Source: a virus. Taken from it: a stretch of 31,609 nt of DNA. The position numbers and the translations under genes were made by a program. This document shows, piece by piece, positions 22,249 through 27,573 of this stretch. The number at the start of each line of letters is the position of its first letter. Position 1 is the first letter of the stretch. Under the pieces are notes generated by a model. It worked only from the letters and a program-made list of their open reading frames with translations, was not told the origin of the DNA and made no database searches. The stretch is from the IMG/VR virus record IMGVR_UViG_3300040960_000460; one strand, given 5' to 3'.

Positions 22249-22452
22249 ATGACACAACAAGAAAGAATCCTAGAATACTTGAAGGAAGGGAAAACTCTGA
22301 CCCGATTAAACGCCTGGGATAACTTAGGAATCCTTGAGGCGCCAGCACGAATATCTGAACTCAGAAGCAAAGGCCACCAGATACAGACTGGATTTAAAAC
22401 TATCCTTAATCGCTATGGTGAGAAGGTTAAGATTGCGGAGTGGCGGTTATGA
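22249..22452 (+). CDS. Winged-helix DNA-binding protein (HTH_39-like, 67 aa)
   Basis: ILEYLKEGKTLTRLNAWDNLGILEAPARISELRSKGHQIQT...NRYGEKVKIAEWRL matches the pattern iL..L..g..lT...A...lgi..l.aRI.eLr..G..I. SD GGAGGGAG. Confidence 0.75.
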   Translation: MTQQERILEYLKEGKTLTRLNAWDNLGILEAPARISELRSKGHQIQTGFKTILNRYGEKVKIAEWRL

Positions 22453-22802
22453 TTCTAAATACTGGAGAGGAGTGGGAAGCAGATGAAGCAGACATTATCC
22501 AATGGCAGCGTACGTATCCTGCCGTTGATGTATTCGCCGAGATTGCAAAGATGGAGAGTTGGCTCGACGCCAATCCCAAGAAACGAAAGACTCAGGCGGG
22601 GATTAAGCGATTTATCAATTCTTGGCTGGCGCGCGCGCAGGATAAGGGTGGCTCTTCGCCGTTCAAAAGTACTGAAACAAAGTCAATACGTCAGAGATCG
22701 AATCTGGACGACCTCACGGATATCTCATGGTTACAGGGTGAGGTAAAAGAACGTATGCGCCAGTACTTCACCAATAAATATGGGCAGGCATATGACGCGT
22801 AA
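22449..22802 (+). CDS. Conserved phage early protein (117 aa), function unknown
   Basis: ATGA overlap with the previous gene. The motif EIAKMESWLDANPKKRKTQAGIKRFINSWLARAQDKGG recurs in lambdoid replication-region genes, as far as I recall. Confidence 0.55.
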   Translation: MILNTGEEWEADEADIIQWQRTYPAVDVFAEIAKMESWLDANPKKRKTQAGIKRFINSWLARAQDKGGSSPFKSTETKSIRQRSNLDDLTDISWLQGEVKERMRQYFTNKYGQAYDA

Positions 22803-23178
22803 GAACGGTACAACCAGCGAACAAATAGCGCAGATCATGTCTACCCAGGTCTATCAAATGGGCGATGAGTTTACCGCCTCAGACATGCTCGATAGATTAA
22901 ACCGATTGGACGGGCCAGCGCAGAGAATTACGACTAAGCAGCGAATCTCACAATTGTTAATTGAGATGCAATCGCAGGGATTAGTTGATAGAGTAGTGCA
23001 AAACCATGTTGTACGTTTTCGAAAGCCTGGCAGTAAAATGTTAAGACAAAGGTGGATCAGTGAAGTGGCCGAGGACTTATGCGCTAGAGATTATCCAAGA
23101 GAAATCGCGGGACAATCGGCGCGAGATGTTAGCAAACGTGCCCGAGCACTTCAGGCCGCTAGTCAAGAAGCATGTTGA
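22780..23178 (+). CDS. Hypothetical protein, possibly winged-helix (132 aa; alternative start 22792)
   Basis: ISQLLIEMQSQGLVDRVVQNHVVRFRK looks wHTH-like. The 3' third overlaps an alternative frame that also looks protein-like (see findings). Confidence 0.45.
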   Translation: MGRHMTRKNGTTSEQIAQIMSTQVYQMGDEFTASDMLDRLNRLDGPAQRITTKQRISQLLIEMQSQGLVDRVVQNHVVRFRKPGSKMLRQRWISEVAEDLCARDYPREIAGQSARDVSKRARALQAASQEAC

Positions 23179-23186
23179 GGTAGCTT

Positions 23187-23513
23187 ATGAATCCGCAAAG
23201 CGTTTACGAAAAACTCGTTCGAGTAGGAACGGACTGGGCCGACAAGGAACAGGCAGCCAATCTATTAGAAGGTAGTCTCAAATCGGTCAAAGCCAAGATC
23301 GCACTACAACATAAAGACTGCGGTTGTGGTGTGTCCGAAGCTGAGATGAGAGCCGAAGACGACTACGAATACAAAGAGGCGCGTCAGGCCGCCATAGAAG
23401 CCCGTACAGAGGCGATCAAGGCAAAGGTATGCTATCATGCCGCCCAAGCATACATTGACGCATGGCGCACTGTGGAAGCCTCAGAACGAGCAGCTAACAG
23501 GGCGCAAACGTAG
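23187..23513 (+). CDS. Coiled-coil phage protein (108 aa), function unknown
   Basis: SD GAGG lies 7 nt upstream. The helical sequence is ...LEGSLKSVKAKIALQ...SEAEMRAEDDYEYKEARQAAIEARTEAIKAK...AWRTVEASERAANRA. Confidence 0.6.
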   Translation: MNPQSVYEKLVRVGTDWADKEQAANLLEGSLKSVKAKIALQHKDCGCGVSEAEMRAEDDYEYKEARQAAIEARTEAIKAKVCYHAAQAYIDAWRTVEASERAANRAQT

Positions 23514-23523
23514 GGGGTGACCT

Positions 23524-24690
23524 ATGATGAAGCATGAGTGGGAATCTTTAAGGAAGTACGCATACACAGATAGACAGTTAGAGTTAGTTGATTACAAACT
23601 ACAAGGCATGAGTAATGCCGAGGTTGCACGCAAACTTGGAGTTAGAGAGCGTTCGGTTGAGCGCCACCTGCAAAAAGTTAGGGTAAGTGCCGCCAAACGT
23701 GGATGGTCGCCAGATCACGACATGCACCACACTGTTCCTGATGGCTTTAAAGTTAAGGGCACCAGCACTTTATATAAAGACGGCGAGCCAGTCATTCAAT
23801 GGGTTAAATCTGACATTGATAACCAGCGCCAGCTTGAGTTAATGCGCGAAGCTATTGAGGCGCTCAATGAGGAAATAAAACCAGAGTGCAAGATAAGCAA
23901 GCCAAAGGTCAAGAAGTCAGACCTTGCCCACTTATTCGTCATTACTGACTACCATGCTGGGATGCTCGCGTGGCACGAGGAAGTAGGGGCTGACTGGGAT
24001 TTACAGATAGCCGAGGACACGCTGGTTAAATGGTTCGCCCAAGCAATAGAACAAAGCTCACAAGCCGATGTTGCGGTATTCGCGCAGTTAGGCGACTTCT
24101 TGCACTTTGATTCGCTAGAGGCCGTTACGCCAGCTTCGAGGCATATTCTGGATGCAGACACAAGGTTTCAGAAGCTAGTCCGAACGGTAATTAGGGTCAT
24201 CCGTAGAGTTGTTAGAATGCTACTTGAGAAGTATCCCAAGGTGCATATCAAGTGGTGTGATGCCAATCACGATCCAGCCAGTAGTGCATGGATGCGCGAA
24301 TTCCTAACTGCGTTATATGATAAAGAGCCGAGGATAGAAGTGGATAACTCGGCAGACACTTACTACTGTTTTGAATGGGGCAAGACTGCCCTATTTTTTC
24401 ATCACGGACACAAGCGCAAAGTTGCCAATGTGGATACGGTATTCGCCTCCAAGTTTCGGGAAGTCTTTGGCAGGACGGAACACGCCTACGCGCACATGGG
24501 GCATTATCACTCTATCGACATTAAAGAGACTAACCTAATGCTGGTCACTCAGCACCGAACACTGGCAGCGCCCGACGCATACGCGAGCCGTGGCGGGTGG
24601 ATGTCAGGCCGTGAAGCGCAGGTGATCACATACCACAAAGAGTATGGGCAAGTTGGTAGCCAAACAATTAGCTACAAAATGATTTGTTGA
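23524..24690 (+). CDS. Fusion protein: N-terminal LuxR/sigma70-region-4-type HTH plus C-terminal calcineurin-like metallophosphoesterase (388 aa)
   Basis: HTH: TDRQLELVDYKLQGMSNAEVARKLGVRERSVERHLQKVR. Metallophosphoesterase motifs appear in order: ITDYHAG (DxH), LGDFLHFD (GD), DANHD (GNHD-type), FFHHGH, HMGHYH (GHxH). Confidence 0.75.
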   Translation: MMKHEWESLRKYAYTDRQLELVDYKLQGMSNAEVARKLGVRERSVERHLQKVRVSAAKRGWSPDHDMHHTVPDGFKVKGTSTLYKDGEPVIQWVKSDIDNQRQLELMREAIEALNEEIKPECKISKPKVKKSDLAHLFVITDYHAGMLAWHEEVGADWDLQIAEDTLVKWFAQAIEQSSQADVAVFAQLGDFLHFDSLEAVTPASRHILDADTRFQKLVRTVIRVIRRVVRMLLEKYPKVHIKWCDANHDPASSAWMREFLTALYDKEPRIEVDNSADTYYCFEWGKTALFFHHGHKRKVANVDTVFASKFREVFGRTEHAYAHMGHYHSIDIKETNLMLVTQHRTLAAPDAYASRGGWMSGREAQVITYHKEYGQVGSQTISYKMIC

Positions 24691-24737
24691 TCATGTTAAA
24701 CATGATAGCATTGACTAAACATTACGGAGTCAGTGTT

Positions 24738-25151
24738 ATGAATGAGAGACAATTAGCCAGACAGCGAGAACGTAGACGCTTAGATAATAATGCGAACACA
24801 AAGAAGTATGAGAAGACCAAGAAAGGCAAGCTCATGCGAATGTATCGCAACATGCAGTCAAGAATAAGTGGTGTGCAGAAACTTAAAGCGCACCTGTATG
24901 CTGGTAAAGATATACTAGACCGCCATGAATTCTACGAGTGGGCGCTGGCTAGTGATAAGTTTCACAAACTGTTCGATGCCTGGGAAAAATCAGGATATGA
25001 CCGAAAGCTATCGCCCAGTGTTGACAGGATAGACTCAAGCCGAGGTTATGAGATAGGTAACATGGAATGGGTAACGCATTCTGAAAACTCAAGACGCGGT
25101 GCTGTAAGTCAAATCAAGCAAGGCAAATGCAAAATAATGAGGCGAGCATGA
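24738..25151 (+). CDS. HNH-like nuclease-domain protein (137 aa)
   Basis: ATG 24738 with ACGGAG 8 nt upstream; the track's TTG 24684 start is unsupported. The C-terminal PSVDRIDSSRGYEIGNMEWVTHSENSRRG resembles HNH_3-type motifs, with Arg replacing the first His. Confidence 0.45.
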   Translation: MNERQLARQRERRRLDNNANTKKYEKTKKGKLMRMYRNMQSRISGVQKLKAHLYAGKDILDRHEFYEWALASDKFHKLFDAWEKSGYDRKLSPSVDRIDSSRGYEIGNMEWVTHSENSRRGAVSQIKQGKCKIMRRA

Positions 25152-25288
25152 AAATAAGAATACACGGTACCGTGCTGTACATAATCAAAAACAAGACAGT
25201 GATATTTACAATCAACAACAAATGGATAGCAAGGCTATGGAGGGCGTGTGAGCGCAAAGGATTACCAGATCGGCGGCAGCCACTATAA
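25148..25288 (+). CDS. Possible small ORF (46 aa) filling the 25152-25247 gap
   Basis: ATGA overlap with the previous stop. Translation: MKIRIHGTVLYIIKNKTVIFTINNKWIARLWRACERKGLPDRRQPL*. The last 41 nt overlap the DUF3310 gene. Weak evidence. Confidence 0.25.
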   Translation: MKIRIHGTVLYIIKNKTVIFTINNKWIARLWRACERKGLPDRRQPL

Positions 25289-25472
25289 GAACAAAGGCAT
25301 CCAGCCTATTGAATACATTATGAGCAATGGGTTAGGATTTTGTGAAGGCAATGTCGTTAAGTATGTAAGCCGATGGAAAGATAAGAACGGGCTAGACGAC
25401 TTACTGAAAGCAAAGCATTACCTGGAGTTTTTAATAGAAGGGGTGAGAGATGATCGCGATAATGATATGTGA
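25248..25472 (+). CDS. DUF3310 (SaV-like) protein (74 aa)
   Basis: GGSHYKNKGIQPIEYIMSNGLGFCEGNVVKYVSRWKDKNGLDDLLKAKHYLEFLI fits the DUF3310 pattern (HY...i.pie.i....f..gNvvKYv.R...K.g..DL.KA..Yl). GTG start after GGAGGG. Confidence 0.8.
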   Translation: MSAKDYQIGGSHYKNKGIQPIEYIMSNGLGFCEGNVVKYVSRWKDKNGLDDLLKAKHYLEFLIEGVRDDRDNDM

Positions 25473-25647
25473 TGATTGCAACCAGCAAATGACTGAGATA
25501 TTTACAGCAACCGAAAACTTCAGGCTGAAAGGCTGGATGTGTGAGGGCTGTTTAACTTTTGCGCCAGCAGTCGGGCGCGAGAAGAAGTGGACAATGGAGG
25601 ATAAAGATGGCGATACGCAGGGATGCAGCGGACAAGTGGTTCAGTGA
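25450..25647 (+). CDS. Zinc-ribbon small protein (65 aa)
   Basis: MICDDCNQQMTE...WMCEGCLTF (CxxC...CxxC). It overlaps both neighbours; the 3' 41 nt overlap the next gene. Confidence 0.4.
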   Translation: MIAIMICDDCNQQMTEIFTATENFRLKGWMCEGCLTFAPAVGREKKWTMEDKDGDTQGCSGQVVQ

Positions 25648-25990
25648 TGTTGTTAGGTTCAAGGGATATTGCGAGCACTGCCATAGGTCAGACCTTAGAC
25701 TAGAGTGTTGCCATATCCACGGACGCAGGAAGAAAAGTGTACGATGGGATTTGATGAATGCTGTTTGTATGTGTAGTGGATGCCATAGACATATGACCGA
25801 GAACCCAACAACCTTTGTTAAATGGTTAAGCCAGTACTTCGGTCAAAGTCATTTAGAAATACTACAAGAGAAGGCTAACGGAATTCTTAAAGCCAATGAA
25901 CAAGTTAGAAAAGATGTTGCCAAACACTACAGAGAGGAGTATAAAAAGATGGAGTGTGACCCATCCTACTCCCCACAGAGTTACACTTAG
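25607..25990 (+). CDS. NinG/Rap-like Cys/His nuclease-family protein (127 aa)
   Basis: ATG 25607 after GGAGGATAAAG. DKWFSDVVRFKGYCEHCHRSD.LECCHIHGRRKKSVRWDLMNAVCMCSGCHRHMTENP fits the NinG-type pattern (..fS..iR....C..Cg.....l...Hi..R.....Rwd..N...LC..CH......p). Confidence 0.55.
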   Translation: MAIRRDAADKWFSDVVRFKGYCEHCHRSDLRLECCHIHGRRKKSVRWDLMNAVCMCSGCHRHMTENPTTFVKWLSQYFGQSHLEILQEKANGILKANEQVRKDVAKHYREEYKKMECDPSYSPQSYT

Positions 25991-26005
25991 TGTTAATTGC
26001 ATATT

Positions 26006-26025
26006 GCCCCTTCGGGGGCTTTTTT
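26006..26025 (+). terminator. Rho-independent terminator at the convergence point of the two arms
   Basis: GCCCC-TTCG-GGGGC (26006-26019) followed by TTTTTT (26020-25), 16 nt after the last plus-strand stop. The hairpin also lies just downstream of the endolysin stop on the other strand. Confidence 0.85.
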
Positions 26026-26437
26026 ATTTCAGGTAAGTGCCAGTCTCAATCATGTAGGCTAATTCCTCGGCGCGACTACCTACCTGTCTAGCCCACTTAG
26101 AGTTTAACATTTCAGCAGCAGCCATCGACCAGCTATGCTCGGCGACATGCTTTAGAGTCTTCTTAAACTCTAGGAATGTGGGTAGGCCAAGGTTAAATAA
26201 CATATCAACCAACGCCTCTTGCCTTACCTGGTCAAGATCAGAAAACCAAGAGAACATCTCTAACTCCCGATAACACTGCTCGATATCATTGCGAAGCATA
26301 ACCATAGCCTCGACTTCGCTGATACCCATATCATCTAGGTTGCGGCCATAGCCGATAGAGAGCTTGCCAGCGGTACACTTGTAAGGCTTTAGGCGCAGAC
26401 CTTCGTGCCTTTGTAGCATGGCAATTAGGCGCTTCAT
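26024..26437 (-). CDS. Endolysin, T4-type lysozyme (GH24, 137 aa)
   Basis: LQRHEGLRLKPYKCTAGKLSIGYGRNL matches the catalytic-Glu signature (EG.rl.pY.d..G..TiGyG.n) of phage lysozymes. No signal or SAR segment is present, so it is holin-dependent. Confidence 0.9.
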   Translation of the reverse strand: MKRLIAMLQRHEGLRLKPYKCTAGKLSIGYGRNLDDMGISEVEAMVMLRNDIEQCYRELEMFSWFSDLDQVRQEALVDMLFNLGLPTFLEFKKTLKHVAEHSWSMAAAEMLNSKWARQVGSRAEELAYMIETGTYLK

Positions 26438-26589
26438 TCGATGATACGCTTGCGCTTTACCTGATCTTTTAACTTGTCCTTGAGCTTCTTTTTCTTGTCG
26501 GTTAGCTCGCTAGAATAAGCGCCGATCAAAGTAGCCTGGGGCATGTTTAACTTATCTTGCAGCTTGCCTACGAGTTTTTTAAAAAACAT
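26434..26589 (-). CDS. Small cationic peptide (51 aa, not in the ORF track) between holin and endolysin
   Basis: The ATG overlaps the holin stop (TAATG) and the TGA overlaps the endolysin ATG (ATGA). Translation: MFFKKLVGKLQDKLNMPQATLIGAYSSELTDKKKKLKDKLKDQVKRKRIIE*, with 13 K + 2 R against 6 D/E. No TM segment, no Cys. Confidence 0.5.
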   Translation of the reverse strand: MFFKKLVGKLQDKLNMPQATLIGAYSSELTDKKKKLKDKLKDQVKRKRIIE

Positions 26590-26978
26590 TACTTTCTAAC
26601 CTCCTTAATGACCTTCTCAGCCGATCTACCAACTACGTAACCGCCTAGTCCTATCTGCAATAACATCCAGGCTTCATCTCTTAATGGGTTAGGTAGCCAG
26701 CCTAGTGAATCACCTACCGCCAATGCTAGGAATGTCAGCATTGTGATAGGTCGCCAGGTGGCGGTAATCCAGTGTTCGCTTTTTGCTTCGGAGCTAATGA
26801 TCTCAGCGCGGGAAGTCATCATCTCCTTTTCATACTGGAGTGATGAGTCTAGCACCATGGCTTGTATTTCTAACAAGCGCCTTTGTTGTTTAAGTTTTTC
26901 TTCTTCAGAGGTGTGTAGCTCGTCGATCAATTCGGCAGCGGGTTTAAAGATTCCTGCAATTAAATCCAGAAATTTCAC
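26589..26978 (-). CDS. Holin, GTA-type 3-TM holin-like (129 aa)
   Basis: The N-terminal helical part (AAELIDELHTSEEEKLKQQ...) is followed by SEHWITATWRPITMLTFLALAV...LLQIGLGGYVVG. This resembles the GTA_holin_3TM family (..s.f.agWRP..). It sits in the lysis cluster. GTG start in a GTGA overlap. Confidence 0.6.
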   Translation of the reverse strand: MKFLDLIAGIFKPAAELIDELHTSEEEKLKQQRRLLEIQAMVLDSSLQYEKEMMTSRAEIISSEAKSEHWITATWRPITMLTFLALAVGDSLGWLPNPLRDEAWMLLQIGLGGYVVGRSAEKVIKEVRK

Positions 26979-27307
26979 AGCCCACCTTTAATCCAAAGGC
27001 CAACAACGCCCATGACGATTACAGTAATTACTCTTTCAATCCACTGGTTCTTAGCTTGATTTATTTCAATAGATTGCAGGCGCTTCTCATGACCTTTTAC
27101 TTCTTCTTTCAATAATGATTCTACGTTATCTAGTCGTTTGTGCGCACGGTTTATGTCTTCATGCGCGTCAGCCTGGCGTTGCTCTAGCACTGATAGCTTC
27201 TCCAAACTTCTAGCGATTGAATCGAGCGCCGCCTTCATATCGCGCACATCTCCTGCCATCGCTTCCTGTTGAGTCTGTAGTTTAACGACAGCAGATTCAA
27301 TAGACAT
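26975..27307 (-). CDS. Coiled-coil protein with a C-terminal TM anchor (110 aa)
   Basis: A long helical region is followed by NQWIERVITVIVMGVVGLWIKGGL* at the extreme C-terminus. It is coupled to its neighbours at both ends. Confidence 0.55.
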   Translation of the reverse strand: MSIESAVVKLQTQQEAMAGDVRDMKAALDSIARSLEKLSVLEQRQADAHEDINRAHKRLDNVESLLKEEVKGHEKRLQSIEINQAKNQWIERVITVIVMGVVGLWIKGGL

Positions 27308-27573
27308 TACAACTTCCTAATAGCCATTACATTGTTGATAACAACAATAGTATACAAACAAACAAACGCCCATACTATCCAATGCTCATACAGCACTGTA
27401 CCAAATAGAATGATAGTTAAGCCCTTCAGTGTAAGCAGTGTTTCAACCACACCTAAACGCTTAAAGAACCATTCCATAATTGGATTGGCTTCACGACCAC
27501 CGAGATTTAAAGCGGTCACAGTCGTCCACCCATCAGCGACTTGTAAGAGAATGAATAGTAGGAACGCTATCAT
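27307..27573 (-). CDS. DUF5658-like polytopic membrane protein (88 aa)
   Basis: Three hydrophobic segments plus the motif QVADGWTTVTALNLGGREANP (D..tT....g..E.NP). Confidence 0.6.
   Translation of the reverse strand: MIAFLLFILLQVADGWTTVTALNLGGREANPIMEWFFKRLGVVETLLTLKGLTIILFGTVLYEHWIVWAFVCLYTIVVINNVMAIRKL

Noticed and set aside
22483-22746. 87-aa alternative-frame ORF inside 22449..22802
   Set aside because: Arg/Ser/Leu-rich junk-like translation with no SD. The main frame carries a recognisable conserved motif.
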